Source of the DNA: an uncultured Acidobacteriota bacterium | GTDB lineage: Bacteria > Acidobacteriota > Terriglobia > Acidiferrales > UBA7541 | DNA length: 64,000 bases | Assembly (NCBI GenBank): GCA_963797345.1 | Contig: CAWCPO010000013.1 | Coordinates: 18,830-82,829 of the forward strand | Reading direction: 5' to 3' | Shown here: positions 11,950 to 22,163 of the stretch, piece after piece | How the letters are laid out: each line of letters starts with the position of its first letter | Numbering within the stretch: the stretch's first letter is position 1 | Notes under the pieces: generated by a model | Database searches by the model: none | What the model was told of the DNA's origin: nothing | The model's input: only the letters and a program-made list of their open reading frames with translations | Made by a program: the position numbers and the translations under genes

Positions 11950-13218
11950 CTATTCTAAGACCTTAAATATCATGCATTTAAGATAGTGCGTTTCTGGCAT
12001 GGTAAGCAATATAGGATGGTCCTGCGCCTGCGTTCGGCGCTCGCATATTGCCACTGTGCGACGGGCGTCGGTAGCGGCTTCGGCAACAATCTGGAGGAAG
12101 AGCGCCTCGGTGATGTGGTAGGAGCAGGAGCAGGTGAGGAGAAAACCGCCGGGTTCGAGAATTTTCAAGGCGCGCAGGTTGATTTCCTTGTAGCCGCGGT
12201 GGGCGGCTGGAATGCTGTCGCGGTTCTTGGCGAAGGCCGGGGGATCGAGGATGATCATCTGAAAGCGCCTGCCCGCCTCGTCGTATTCCTTGAGAACGTC
12301 GAACGTATTGCCTTCGCGGAAGCTTGCATTGGCGACGGCATTCAATTCCTGATTGCGTCGCGCCGCCTCGATGGCTGCCGGGGCCATTTCGACGCCTTCG
12401 ACGTGTTTGCATGCGCCGGCAACGGTGAGGGCGAAGCCGCCGTCGTAGCTGAAGCAATCGAGCACTTCGCCTGAAGCGTAGCGCCGCGCGGCCAGATGAT
12501 TTTCGCGCTGGTCGAGGAAGGATCCCGTCTTTTGCCCTTTGGCCAGGTGGCAAGCAAACGTCACTCCATTTTCCTGCACCTGAATCTCCTCCGGGACCTC
12601 GCCATGGAGCACGCTGACGCGCTGGTCCAGGCCTTCGAGGAAGCGCACCTTGGGGTCGTTGCGCTCAAGCACGCCCCGCGGGGAGAACAGCTCGACCAGA
12701 ATCTCGACGAAGAGGTCCTTGTGCCGCTCGGTCGCCTGGTTGAGCGTCTGCACGATAAGGTATTTGCCGTATCGGTCCACGATGAGGGAGGGCAGGAGAT
12801 CGGCCTCGCTATACACTAGGCGGAACGCGTCCGTATTTTCCACCACGCGTTTGCGGTAGTCGGCCGCGCGACGGATACGCTGTGTGAAGAACGCCCGGTC
12901 GATGGGGACGTCGTCGCGCGTGAGAAGGCGGACGGCAATCTGCGATTTATCGCTATAGAAGGCGCGGCCGTGGAAGCGTCCGCGATCATCCGTGAGCCGG
13001 ACGATGGCCCCAGCCGCCGCGCGCGCCGTGCGCACGTCGCTGCGGTAGACCCACAGATGCCCGGAGCGGAGCCGCTCCACTCCGCGCGGACTGATTTCGA
13101 CCGATCCTTCCGCGAAGTCTGCCACAGTCCGTGCCTCGCATGAACCAGCCCGCGGATTCGCTACAATGGCTCCGTGGTCCGCTGCCGGCAGGGAAGATGC
13201 AGGGGACGCAAACGGCAA
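11950..13218 (-). CDS. rlmI: class I SAM-dependent rRNA methyltransferase, RlmI-like (PUA plus MTase)
   Basis: 422 aa. HLWVYRSDV PUA-like N-terminus, and DCFSYDGGFAL, ILDPPAFAKN MTase motifs. The true start may be internal. Confidence 0.8.
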   Translation of the reverse strand: MPFASPASSLPAADHGAIVANPRAGSCEARTVADFAEGSVEISPRGVERLRSGHLWVYRSDVRTARAAAGAIVRLTDDRGRFHGRAFYSDKSQIAVRLLTRDDVPIDRAFFTQRIRRAADYRKRVVENTDAFRLVYSEADLLPSLIVDRYGKYLIVQTLNQATERHKDLFVEILVELFSPRGVLERNDPKVRFLEGLDQRVSVLHGEVPEEIQVQENGVTFACHLAKGQKTGSFLDQRENHLAARRYASGEVLDCFSYDGGFALTVAGACKHVEGVEMAPAAIEAARRNQELNAVANASFREGNTFDVLKEYDEAGRRFQMIILDPPAFAKNRDSIPAAHRGYKEINLRALKILEPGGFLLTCSCSYHITEALFLQIVAEAATDARRTVAICERRTQAQDHPILLTMPETHYLKCMIFKVLE

Positions 13219-13307
13219 GCCAAGCCGGGTGGTGCTGTTCTCTTAGCATACTTGCAGGAGTTGTGCCAGTGCGCATGCGGCGGAGCCGAGGCGGGAAATA
13301 GCAACGC

Positions 13308-14399
13308 ATGAATCTGAGCGAACTCGATTACGTTTTGCCGGCGGAATGCATTGCGCAGCGCCCACTCGCCGAGCGGGACGCCTCGCGCATGCTGCTTCTC
13401 GATCGCGCCACGGGGGCGTGGGACGATCGGCAGTTCCGCGAATTGCCCGGCGTCCTTCGCGGCGATGAACTCGTGGTGCTCAACAACGTGCGTGTGCTGC
13501 CCGCGCGGCTCTTTGGCCGGCGTGCCGGGCTTCGTTCGCAGAAGCCGGGCCGCAACAATCCCGCGCGCCGGGAATTTCTCGAATCCCCCATCGAGGTTCT
13601 TCTGCTCCGGCAAATTGATTCGGACGTGTGGGAGACGCTCGTCCGCCCGGGACGAAAAATAAATATCGGCGAGCGCATCTTCTTTGGCGAAGGGGAGCTG
13701 GAAGCGCGTGTGGAGGCTCGCGGAGAATATGGCCGGCGCGTCCTGCGCTTCACTTCCGCGGGTGCCTTCGACGACGCTCTCGCGCGCCTCGGTCACATCC
13801 CGTTGCCGCTCTACATCAAGCGCGCGGACGATCCGCTCGACCGCGAGCGTTATCAGACCGTCTACGCGCGCGAGGGCAGCGCCATCGCCGCGCCCACGGC
13901 CGGACTGCACTTCACGCCCGAGATCCTGGAGCGCCTGCGCGAGCGCGGCGTCGAAATCGCAGAAGTCACGCTGGAGGTGGGCCTCGGCACATTCGAGCCT
14001 GTCCGCACCGAGCGCCTCGAGGACCACAAAATCCACGTGGAATCCTACGACATCCCCGAAGCCTCGGCCGCCGCCATCGAGCGCGCCAAACTGGAAAACC
14101 GTCCCGTGCTTGCCATCGGCACCACTGTGGCGAGGGCGCTCGAGGACGCCGCGGAAAAATGCGCCGGGGGCCGCGCGCCCGTCGCGCCGGGAAGAGCCGA
14201 GGCCGATATTTTCCTTTTTCCCGGGAAGCCCTTCCGTGTCGTGGACCAATTGCTCACCAATTTTCACCTGCCGCGTTCGACTCTGCTGGCCCTAGTAGCC
14301 GCATTCGCCGGCAGCGAACACGTGTTGCGCGCCTATCGCCACGCGGTGGACGCCGGCTATCGCTTCTATAGTTATGGCGACTGCATGCTGATTCGCTGA
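13308..14399 (+). CDS. queA: S-adenosylmethionine:tRNA ribosyltransferase-isomerase
   Basis: 363 aa. LSELDYVLPAECIAQRPL, PLPLYIKR, AAPTAGLHFT and FYSYGDCMLI are QueA signatures. Confidence 0.95.
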   Translation: MNLSELDYVLPAECIAQRPLAERDASRMLLLDRATGAWDDRQFRELPGVLRGDELVVLNNVRVLPARLFGRRAGLRSQKPGRNNPARREFLESPIEVLLLRQIDSDVWETLVRPGRKINIGERIFFGEGELEARVEARGEYGRRVLRFTSAGAFDDALARLGHIPLPLYIKRADDPLDRERYQTVYAREGSAIAAPTAGLHFTPEILERLRERGVEIAEVTLEVGLGTFEPVRTERLEDHKIHVESYDIPEASAAAIERAKLENRPVLAIGTTVARALEDAAEKCAGGRAPVAPGRAEADIFLFPGKPFRVVDQLLTNFHLPRSTLLALVAAFAGSEHVLRAYRHAVDAGYRFYSYGDCMLIR

Positions 14400-14465
14400 A
14401 ATTGCCGCGTCGAACTGACGCTCAGCGGCGACGCCATTGACGCGCCCTTGGGCCGAAGGTAAATT

Positions 14466-14882
14466 GTGCTGACACTTGAGAGGTGCTCCGTGTCTACTCG
14501 ATCGAACAGGCCTGCGCAGTCGGAGGAGCAGGCGACGCGCAAGGCCATTGATAGGTTCAACGAAGCGTTCAATCGGCGCGATGCCGATGCGTTAGCGGGG
14601 CTTTTGACCGACGATACGGTTTTCGAGGACACGTCGCCCGCGCCGGACGGGCGGCGGATCGAGGGAAAAGCCGCAGTGATCGAGCATTGGCGGGGATGGT
14701 TCGCGCGCAACGAGGACGCGAGGTTCGAGGCTGAAGAAATTATCGTGAGCGGTAGCCGGGCGGTCGTGCGCTGGGTGTATCACAAGATGCGCAACGGCCA
14801 GCCATGGCACCTGCGCGGCGTGGATGTTTTTGCCGTGCGCGATGGACGAGTGGCCGCGAAGCTCGCCTATGTGAAAGGGTGA
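14466..14882 (+). CDS. SnoaL-like / NTF2-fold protein
   Basis: 138 aa. IDRFNEAFNRRDADALAGLLTDDTVFE pattern typical of SnoaL-like domains. Start uncertain. Confidence 0.7.
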   Translation: MLTLERCSVSTRSNRPAQSEEQATRKAIDRFNEAFNRRDADALAGLLTDDTVFEDTSPAPDGRRIEGKAAVIEHWRGWFARNEDARFEAEEIIVSGSRAVVRWVYHKMRNGQPWHLRGVDVFAVRDGRVAAKLAYVKG

Positions 14883-15035
14883 ACAATAAGGTCGAAGCTA
14901 TTCTCATCGAGATGGCACTGACGGCGTTGCAGGTCCTGGTCCGTCACCGGTCAGCGAGCCTCGTGCAAGCCCGTGCGTGTTCGTCTATGATGGTCCGCGC
15001 ATTATGATCGCAATTCCTCCAGCCCGATCCGCTTC

Positions 15036-15779
15036 ATGCGCTATTTGATCTTAAGCGACATTCACGGCAACCTCACGGCGCTCGACGCCGCGCTCAAGGC
15101 GGCCAAAGGCCGCTGGCAGAAGGCCGTATGCCTGGGCGATCTGGTGGACTACGGTCCCGATCCCAACGAGGTCATCGCGCGCGTGCGATCGCTGAAAGCA
15201 TTCACGATCCGCGGAAATCACGACAAGGCGGTGGTCGGCCTGGCAGACCCCGACGAGTTCAACCCCATCGCGCGCATGAGCGTGCTATGGACGCGCGAGC
15301 AGCTGACTCCCAAAAGTCGCGCGTACCTTATAAAACTGCCGAGCGGGCCAAAGCAGTTCGAAGGCTTTTCCATCGTCCACGGTTCGCTATTTGACGAGGA
15401 TGAATACGTGTTCTCGGCGGAGCTGGCGCTCGATGGACTGCTCGAAGCTCTCACCCCGGTAACATTCTTCGGCCACACGCACGTGCAGGGCGGTTTCACC
15501 CTCCGCGACGGCCAGGCGGGAATCCTGTACCTCCCGCCTGCTGGCGGCAATCCGTTCTCGACACTCACCATCGAACCCGGCGCGCCCTTTCTGCTGAATC
15601 CTGGGTCCATCGGCCAGCCTCGCGACGGCGATCCCCGGGCGGCCTTCGCCATCGCGGACCTCGACAACCAGTCCGTTGAATTCTGGCGCGTTCCATACGA
15701 TATTGAAGCTGTGCAGGACCGCATGGCGCGGGCGGCCCTTCCCGAGCCTCTCATCCTGCGGCTTTCCTTCGGCCGCTGA
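15036..15779 (+). CDS. metallophosphoesterase (calcineurin-like, YfcE/MJ0936-like)
   Basis: 247 aa. LSDIHGN, GDLVDYGPDPN, RGNHD, GHTH motifs. Confidence 0.85.
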   Translation: MRYLILSDIHGNLTALDAALKAAKGRWQKAVCLGDLVDYGPDPNEVIARVRSLKAFTIRGNHDKAVVGLADPDEFNPIARMSVLWTREQLTPKSRAYLIKLPSGPKQFEGFSIVHGSLFDEDEYVFSAELALDGLLEALTPVTFFGHTHVQGGFTLRDGQAGILYLPPAGGNPFSTLTIEPGAPFLLNPGSIGQPRDGDPRAAFAIADLDNQSVEFWRVPYDIEAVQDRMARAALPEPLILRLSFGR

Positions 15780-15792
15780 GGGAAATAATAGA

Positions 15793-16293
15793 ATGGCAAT
15801 TGAGGATCAAGAGCAGGCTGACGGGGAACAGAGAAGCCAATTCCCGCTAGCGTTCGCCGCCGGGGCTTGCATCGTCCTTATATTGGTGGGGGGTCTCGTC
15901 CTGGCCACGCACTTCGTCCAGCGCCACGGGCCGGCCGCGCCTGGCGTTAAGCTGCCCTTCGGCCCCGCGGAGCAGGCCTATGCTGGGAGCATCCATTTCG
16001 ACGGCATCCAGATGTCGCGCTCTTCCAATTTGCTGAACGAGGAGTTCACATACGTTAACGGCACGCTATCGAATGACGGTTCGCGGACGCTGCGCGGCCT
16101 CGACGTCGCGCTCGAATTCCGCGATCCCTTCGGCCAGTTGATACTGCGCGATACGGAGCGGCTGGTCCAACCCGCCTCCCCGCCCGTGCCCGCGGGCCAG
16201 CAGCGCGACTTTCAGGTCACGCTGGAACACGTTCCTGCGGAGTGGAATCAGCAGCTTCCTTCCATTCGCGTCACAGGCCTGATTTTGGAATAG
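15793..16293 (+). CDS. single-pass membrane hypothetical protein
   Basis: ATG at 15793 inside ORF 15676..16293. One TM (LAFAAGACIVLILVGGLVLA) followed by a roughly 110-aa beta-rich domain. Confidence 0.6.
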   Translation: MAIEDQEQADGEQRSQFPLAFAAGACIVLILVGGLVLATHFVQRHGPAAPGVKLPFGPAEQAYAGSIHFDGIQMSRSSNLLNEEFTYVNGTLSNDGSRTLRGLDVALEFRDPFGQLILRDTERLVQPASPPVPAGQQRDFQVTLEHVPAEWNQQLPSIRVTGLILE

Positions 16294-16435
16294 CTTTCCA
16301 CCGGGCAGGTTTGTCGAGAGCCTTGCAAAATGCGCGCATTCTACATTAGGCTCATGGCGTCTGAAGCGGCACTCGCCGCCATGCGGCGACAGACACCGGC
16401 GGGGTCCGCAAGTCTTGGAAGGAGCGGTAGAGACG

Positions 16436-16996
16436 ATGGGAAAATTTCTGTTGGGAATCCTATTCACGATAATTGTTTTATGCGTGGCTGCGTACGTGAT
16501 TGCCTCGAAAGGTTACGTCAGCTTTCAGGCGGACCAGCAGCCCTCCGCGGTGGAAAGCAGGTTGGCGATGGCGGCGGTGGACGCTTCCACGGACCGCCGC
16601 GCGCCCGACGAGAAGAATCCGGACCCTGCAACAGACGAAAATCTAGTGGCGGGCGCCAAACTTTACCTCGACCACTGCGCAGGCTGCCATGGCGTGCCGT
16701 CAAATCCCGATAGCCGGTTCGCGGTATCGTTCTATCCACCAGTCCCCGAGTTTTTCAAGGATGCTCCGGACATGGCGGACTATCAGAATTTCTACATCAT
16801 CCAGCACGGCGTCCGCTGGACGGGCATGCCTGCATGGAAGGGGACTCTCAACGATGGACAGATCTGGCAGGTGGTGACGTTCCTGAGCAACATCGAAAAG
16901 CTCCCTCCCGCGGCACTGGCGGTCTTCGGTCCCCAGGCGGCGACCGCTCCACCGCCAACCAAGAGCATGCCCATGAATATGCACATGAACCATTGA
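16436..16996 (+). CDS. membrane-anchored c-type cytochrome
   Basis: GGAAGGAG RBS then ATG at 16436. N-terminal TM, CAGCHG heme-binding motif, WTGMPAW distal Met region. Confidence 0.8.
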   Translation: MGKFLLGILFTIIVLCVAAYVIASKGYVSFQADQQPSAVESRLAMAAVDASTDRRAPDEKNPDPATDENLVAGAKLYLDHCAGCHGVPSNPDSRFAVSFYPPVPEFFKDAPDMADYQNFYIIQHGVRWTGMPAWKGTLNDGQIWQVVTFLSNIEKLPPAALAVFGPQAATAPPPTKSMPMNMHMNH

Positions 16997-17059
16997 GGCC
17001 CGCATGGTGAAAGTCGTGCGATTGACGCCCCCAATTGACAATCCTTGAGTTCTGGGCAG

Positions 17060-17719
17060 TTAGGCGGTCAGGACCCTTCTAGGAAAGGGTCGGTGAGAGG
17101 CCTTATTGGGGATGCGAACGGAGGAATCGATCGGCGTCGGTTCGGGCTTCAGGTAATCCATTTCCTCAAAGAAGTGTTCTGGGTGCGCCTGCTTCCCGCG
17201 TTCCAGAATCTCCATCCGCAAATATCCGGATCCACGGCGGGCCAGCTCGGCGCGATTTTCCACGCCAAACTTACTCAAGAGAGCGGAGACATGAAATTTT
17301 ACGGTTCGCACCGAAATATTGAGTTGGCAGGCGATCTCTTTATTGACCCGGTTGCAAATCACAAGACGCAGCACTTCTCTTTGCCGCGCGCTTAAAAAAA
17401 TGGCATTCGCCGCTGATCGCCCTTCTTCGAGTAGTTGTTTCGCACGCGCAGCCAAACGGGCGACTATATCCATCTCCGCTGGGACGAGAACCATGAAGTC
17501 TTCGGGCTCATACCCGCGAACAAGGCATTGCATGGCAAGCATACTGGCCGTGCGCTCAATCGCAAAACTTGGATCGCCGCTCGATTCCACCCGAAATTGC
17601 GGCATTCCCCCCGATTTTTCGCAGAAGTAGAAAGCTTGGGGCTGGCTCCCTTCCTGCTTCTTTTTCCGCTCAGCCAGCCTTGGTAATGCACGCAGTTTCT
17701 TCACCCAGACTCCTGACAC
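17060..17719 (-). CDS. LuxR/FixJ-type HTH transcriptional regulator
   Basis: LSARQREVLRLVICNRVNKEIACQLNISVRTVKFHVSALLSKFGV is a canonical GerE/LuxR HTH. The N-terminal part is unrecognised and the start is uncertain. Confidence 0.75.
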   Translation of the reverse strand: MSGVWVKKLRALPRLAERKKKQEGSQPQAFYFCEKSGGMPQFRVESSGDPSFAIERTASMLAMQCLVRGYEPEDFMVLVPAEMDIVARLAARAKQLLEEGRSAANAIFLSARQREVLRLVICNRVNKEIACQLNISVRTVKFHVSALLSKFGVENRAELARRGSGYLRMEILERGKQAHPEHFFEEMDYLKPEPTPIDSSVRIPNKASHRPFPRRVLTA

Positions 17720-18099
17720 TTGCTCGCCCGTCGCTGAACGGGGAGGATATTGTTTGCATCACTGGCGTGAAAGCCTGAAAGTCGCTTTTCTGTGGAACGC
17801 GAGTTACTACGTCACCTGAAGATTACGAGCTTCCCCCCGGAGACCTGGACACACAAAGCAACTGGCAGACGTTGCAGTTGACATGCCACAATCTGCGAAA
17901 GTTTTAATGCCGTTGAATTCGAAAGATACAGAGCTTTGGAGCGCTCGAAATCCGGAGAGAACATGTAGAAAGTTCACGAACCGGGCAGATTCTTCGGCGG
18001 TAACGGTCTTCGATCCGTGTGATTAGGCGCGTTTCTCGAAAGTGCGCGTGGGGGGGCACGCGCCACCCTAGCGTAAGAAAAGGAGATGATGCCCAGCGG

Positions 18100-18534
18100 T
18101 CAGCGGTTTGCGGAGCCGGCAGCGAAAGCGCGCTCCTGCGCCATCGAATCCGCCAAAATGCGGCGCACCGGCGCGAGCATGGAAGCAGGGAGAGGCCGTT
18201 CGCGCGGAGCGGCGACCTCCGCAACTTTGCCGGGAAAATCCAGCCGGCGGTCAAGGCACAGGCCAAACTCCTGGAGAAGGTCGCCAGCCATGTTCGGATC
18301 GTCGGAACGCTCGACACCCCAGAAACGCAGCCTATCTTCGTTTTTCTGCAGGATTTGCAGCGATTCCTGGAGCTTCTTCATCGCGCCATTGAAGGAGCCA
18401 GCCAGAAAATAGACCGGTAGAATCCAGGCGCCGCGGCCATAAGCGGCGCGCACGCGGACACTGTATTTCCCGGTCTGGTTCTTTTCCATGGCGCAAAGGT
18501 ATTCGTTCCCGGCAAGCGCGTTTTTTACAGGCAT
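18100..18534 (-). CDS. hypothetical protein (start chosen at MPVKN, with a GGGGAG RBS)
   Basis: Only sizeable ORF in a 1.3-kb lower-GC gap. No family recognised. The longer version 18100..18699 is also possible. Confidence 0.3.
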   Translation of the reverse strand: MPVKNALAGNEYLCAMEKNQTGKYSVRVRAAYGRGAWILPVYFLAGSFNGAMKKLQESLQILQKNEDRLRFWGVERSDDPNMAGDLLQEFGLCLDRRLDFPGKVAEVAAPRERPLPASMLAPVRRILADSMAQERAFAAGSANR

Positions 18535-19068
18535 TGCGCTCCCCAGTCTCGTTTTCCCCGTTACCGCACCGGGCAGAGTCCCTTGGGATATATGCCTGCC
18601 GTTTCTTCGCGCGACGGGAAGAAGCTGCTTGCTGCGAGCCCTGGATCTTTTTTGCGGCATGGGATTGCTCCACGTATAATGAGATTTGTCGTTCCCCAAT
18701 GAATCTCGATGGGTTAGATGGTTCCGGTCCTTACACCGAAACCCGCTGGTTTCGTGGCAGGCAGTACGGACAAAACTATACTAGCTGAGCGGCTGTGGAG
18801 GGTGCAAGGGGAGACTGAAACTAAATATAGCTTTTAGTTTCATAGTTTTGCAGATTACCCATGCGACGAATGGAGTGTGATTTTGGCGGGTTCGATTCGG
18901 AAGCCGGGAGAATACTGCTTCTACCAATTCGCGCAAGTCACTGTAAATAATATAGTTGACGGCAAATCTCCCCCGTGCGAGGCGGATCACGACATCGGGC
19001 GGATAGAAAACGACTCCCGGGTACATAATGGATGGCGACCGAGAGAACGGCTTCGGCGAGAAACGATT

Positions 19069-19329
19069 ATGACTGAAAATCACCTAAATGCGCAGATTCG
19101 CCAGTTCATCCTGGAGAAGTTTCCGCAGGCGCGCAGGCAGGAGTTCAGTGATACGGACACGCTGGTGGAAACCGGGATTCTGGATTCTCTGGGTGTGCTG
19201 GACCTGGTGAGCTTCATCGAGCAGAAGTTTTCGGTCGGCATGACCGACGACGAGCTCGTACCCGAGAATTTTCAGACCATCGAGCGAATCGCGGCTTTTG
19301 TCGCCCGGAAGAAGAATCGCAGCGCCTGA
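19069..19329 (+). CDS. acyl carrier protein
   Basis: 86 aa from the ATG at 19069. GILDSLGVLDLVSFIE phosphopantetheine-attachment (DSL) motif. Confidence 0.85.
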   Translation: MTENHLNAQIRQFILEKFPQARRQEFSDTDTLVETGILDSLGVLDLVSFIEQKFSVGMTDDELVPENFQTIERIAAFVARKKNRSA

Positions 19330-19331
19330 CA

Positions 19332-20903
19332 ATGGATCTCCTGATTCACCACTTGTTGCGCTCGAGCGCCGAGTGCTCGCCGGAAAAGGAAGCCCTGGTT
19401 CACGGCGATCAGCGGCTAAGCTACGGCGACGTGGCCCGGCGGACGACCGGCCTTTCGAGCGGGCTCCTGCGCGCTGGACTTCGCCGGACCGACCGCGTGG
19501 GCATCTACCTCGAGCCGTCCGTGGCCCAGGTCGTCTCAATCTTCGGCATCTCCGAGGCTGGGGGAGCATTCGTCCCTATCAACGGCGCGTTATTTCCTGA
19601 ACAGGTTGCGCACATGGCCGCCGACTGCGGGATGAAAGCATTGATAACCACGCCGGCGAAGCTTTCCATGCTCGCCACAATTCTTCCCCGGATTCCTTCG
19701 CTCGAATTCGTGGTGCTTTCAGGGGAGAAACATGCGCCGCCAGTTTCGCTTCCGTGCCATCGCTTGGAAGAGCTCTCGGAGTTATCAGGTCCGCGGGACG
19801 CGCGCGATCAGGCCATCAGCAAGGACCTGGCGGCCATCCTTTACACCTCCGGTTCGACGGGCAAGCCCAAAGGAGTGATGCTGAGCCATGCCAATATTCT
19901 GGCCGGAAGCACGATCGTCTGCACGTATCTGGGAATCACGCCCGCCGAGCGGATTTTGGCGGTTCTCCCGTTCAGCTTCGACGCGGGGTTGAACCAATTG
20001 ATGACCGCCTTTCAGCAGGGCTCGACGATTGTCCTGATCAATTTCGCTTTCGCCCGTGAAGTCGTGCAGGCGCTCGTGAAAGAGCGCATCACGGGACTCG
20101 CGGGCGTGCCCACACTCTGGAGCCTGCTCGCACAGCCGAATTCTACTTTGCAGAAGCAGCCCTTACCCAATCTGCGTTACATCACCAATACGGGAGGAGC
20201 CATGCCTCAGCCCGTTCTGAAAGTGCTGCGCCAGGCACTCCCGGCGGCGAAGGTTTACCTGATGTACGGACTGACCGAAGCGTTCCGCTCCACCTATCTT
20301 CCGCCGGAAGAGCTCGACCGGCGCCCGACTTCGATCGGCAAGGCCATCCCCGACACTGAGATTCTCGTCCTCAACGAGCAAGGGCAGCTTTGCAAGCCGG
20401 GTGAAACGGGAGAACTCGTGCATCGCGGCCCTACCGTCTCGATGGGATACTGGAACCGGCCGGAGGATACCGCGCGCGTCTTGCGCCCGCATCCACTGCT
20501 GCCGCCGGAGATGGGCGATTGCGAGAAAGTGTGCTACTCGGGCGACCTGGTGAAAATGGATGAAGATGGCTTCCTCTGTTTTATGGGCCGGCGCGATGCC
20601 ATGATCAAGTCCTCCGGCTTCCGCGTCAGTTCCACGGAGATCGAGGATGTTCTCCTGGAGACCGGCAAGCTCGGTGGCGCGGCGGCGATCGGCATCCCCG
20701 ACGATGTGCTGGGCCAAGCCATCAAATGTTTTGTGGCGCCCAAGGACGGCGAGATGCTCGATTCGGAGGCGCTCCTGGCTGCTTGCGCCGAGAAGCTTCC
20801 CCGCTACATGCGGCCTAAATTTATTGAAGTGCTCAGCGAGCTGCCGAAGACTTCCAGCGGCAAAGTGGATTATCCCGCGCTGCGCCGCCGGGAAGGATTG
20901 TAG
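19332..20903 (+). CDS. AMP-forming acyl-CoA/acyl-ACP ligase (adenylate-forming enzyme)
   Basis: 523 aa. AILYTSGSTGKPKGVMLSH AMP-binding motif, YGLTEA, GDLVKMDEDGF, and a PKTSSGKVDY C-terminus. Confidence 0.92.
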   Translation: MDLLIHHLLRSSAECSPEKEALVHGDQRLSYGDVARRTTGLSSGLLRAGLRRTDRVGIYLEPSVAQVVSIFGISEAGGAFVPINGALFPEQVAHMAADCGMKALITTPAKLSMLATILPRIPSLEFVVLSGEKHAPPVSLPCHRLEELSELSGPRDARDQAISKDLAAILYTSGSTGKPKGVMLSHANILAGSTIVCTYLGITPAERILAVLPFSFDAGLNQLMTAFQQGSTIVLINFAFAREVVQALVKERITGLAGVPTLWSLLAQPNSTLQKQPLPNLRYITNTGGAMPQPVLKVLRQALPAAKVYLMYGLTEAFRSTYLPPEELDRRPTSIGKAIPDTEILVLNEQGQLCKPGETGELVHRGPTVSMGYWNRPEDTARVLRPHPLLPPEMGDCEKVCYSGDLVKMDEDGFLCFMGRRDAMIKSSGFRVSSTEIEDVLLETGKLGGAAAIGIPDDVLGQAIKCFVAPKDGEMLDSEALLAACAEKLPRYMRPKFIEVLSELPKTSSGKVDYPALRRREGL

Positions 20904-20906
20904 GAA

Positions 20907-22163
20907 ATGGATCCGCTCACTTTCCTCCTCGAGAATTATTACGCTCGATCGAATGGTGAACTATTGGTTGGCGGGGTTTCCGCGCCGGCACTGGCCGATC
21001 AATATGGGACGCCGCTGTTCGTTTACGACGCCGGCATCATGGCCACAAAATGGGCGCTTCTGCGAGAGGCCTTGCCGCCGCGATTCTCCATCTGTTATTC
21101 GGTGAAGGCCAATCCCAATCGCACAATCCTGCGGTTCTTTCTGGCCAAGGGCGCCGGCCTCGAGATCGCCTCCGCCGGGGAATTCCGCCAGGCAATAAGC
21201 GCCGGGTGCGCTGCCGAGAAAATTCTGTTTGCCGGTCCCGGGAAGACGGAGGCGGAGCTCGAGCTGGTTTTGGCCCAGGGCATCGGCGAAATTCACGTCG
21301 AATCGGCCAGCGAAGCGGAGCGCATCTCTGCGATTGCCGAGCGCCTCGGAGTCCGCGCGCGCGTCGCCTTGCGCGTGAATCCCAGCGAAGATGCCGAAGG
21401 CGGAGCGATGCGTATGGGTGGGCGCCCTGCTCCCTTTGGCGTGGACGAGGAAAGTCTGGACGACGTTCTCAGCCGCATCCTCGCGCTTCCCGCGCTCGAT
21501 TTTCGCGGCATTCATCTCTACGAAGGCACGCAGATTCTCGATTTTCAGATATTGGCCGCGCAGTACGCCAGGGGAATCGAGATTGCGCGGCGCGGCGCCA
21601 CCCGCCTGAAAAGACCGCTGCTTAGCCTTGATTTCGGCGGAGGGTTTGGCATTCCCTATTTCCCGCACGAGCAGCAACTCGACACGCGCAAATTGAGGGA
21701 ATCGCTTGATGCCCTGGTGAAAACCGTCGAGAACGATCCGCTTTTTTTAGGCACGCATTTTTTGACCGAGCCGGGCCGATACCTGGTGGCAGAAGCGGGC
21801 ATTTATATCGCTCGCGTAGTCGACGTCAAGGTTTCGCGCGGCAAAAAATTCCTCATTCTCGATGGCGGGATGAATCATCACTTGGCAGCATCGGGGAATC
21901 TCGGCCAGACCATCAAACGCAATTATCCGTTGGCACTCGTCAACAAGCTCGGCCAGCCTGCCGAAGAAACCGTGGATGTGGCGGGACCGCTCTGCACACC
22001 TCTCGATTTTTTGGCGCGCGGCGTGAGCCTACCTCGCGCGGAGGCGGGTGACCTCGTCGGTATATTCCAATCCGGCGCCTATGCACGCTCGGCGAGCCCC
22101 TCGGATTTCTTAGCCACCCCTCGCCACCAGAGGTTTGGATCGAAAGCGGGGCCCATCGCTTGA
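20907..22163 (+). CDS. PLP-dependent decarboxylase (Orn/DAP/Arg decarboxylase fold III). The C-terminus is frameshifted; the native end is probably 22228.
   Basis: YSVKANPN PLP-lysine motif, DFGGGFGIPY, ILDGGMNHHLAAS. The conserved tail HPSPPEVWIESGAHRLIRRRGDFDDY lies in the -1 frame from about 22115. Confidence 0.9.
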   Translation: MDPLTFLLENYYARSNGELLVGGVSAPALADQYGTPLFVYDAGIMATKWALLREALPPRFSICYSVKANPNRTILRFFLAKGAGLEIASAGEFRQAISAGCAAEKILFAGPGKTEAELELVLAQGIGEIHVESASEAERISAIAERLGVRARVALRVNPSEDAEGGAMRMGGRPAPFGVDEESLDDVLSRILALPALDFRGIHLYEGTQILDFQILAAQYARGIEIARRGATRLKRPLLSLDFGGGFGIPYFPHEQQLDTRKLRESLDALVKTVENDPLFLGTHFLTEPGRYLVAEAGIYIARVVDVKVSRGKKFLILDGGMNHHLAASGNLGQTIKRNYPLALVNKLGQPAEETVDVAGPLCTPLDFLARGVSLPRAEAGDLVGIFQSGAYARSASPSDFLATPRHQRFGSKAGPIA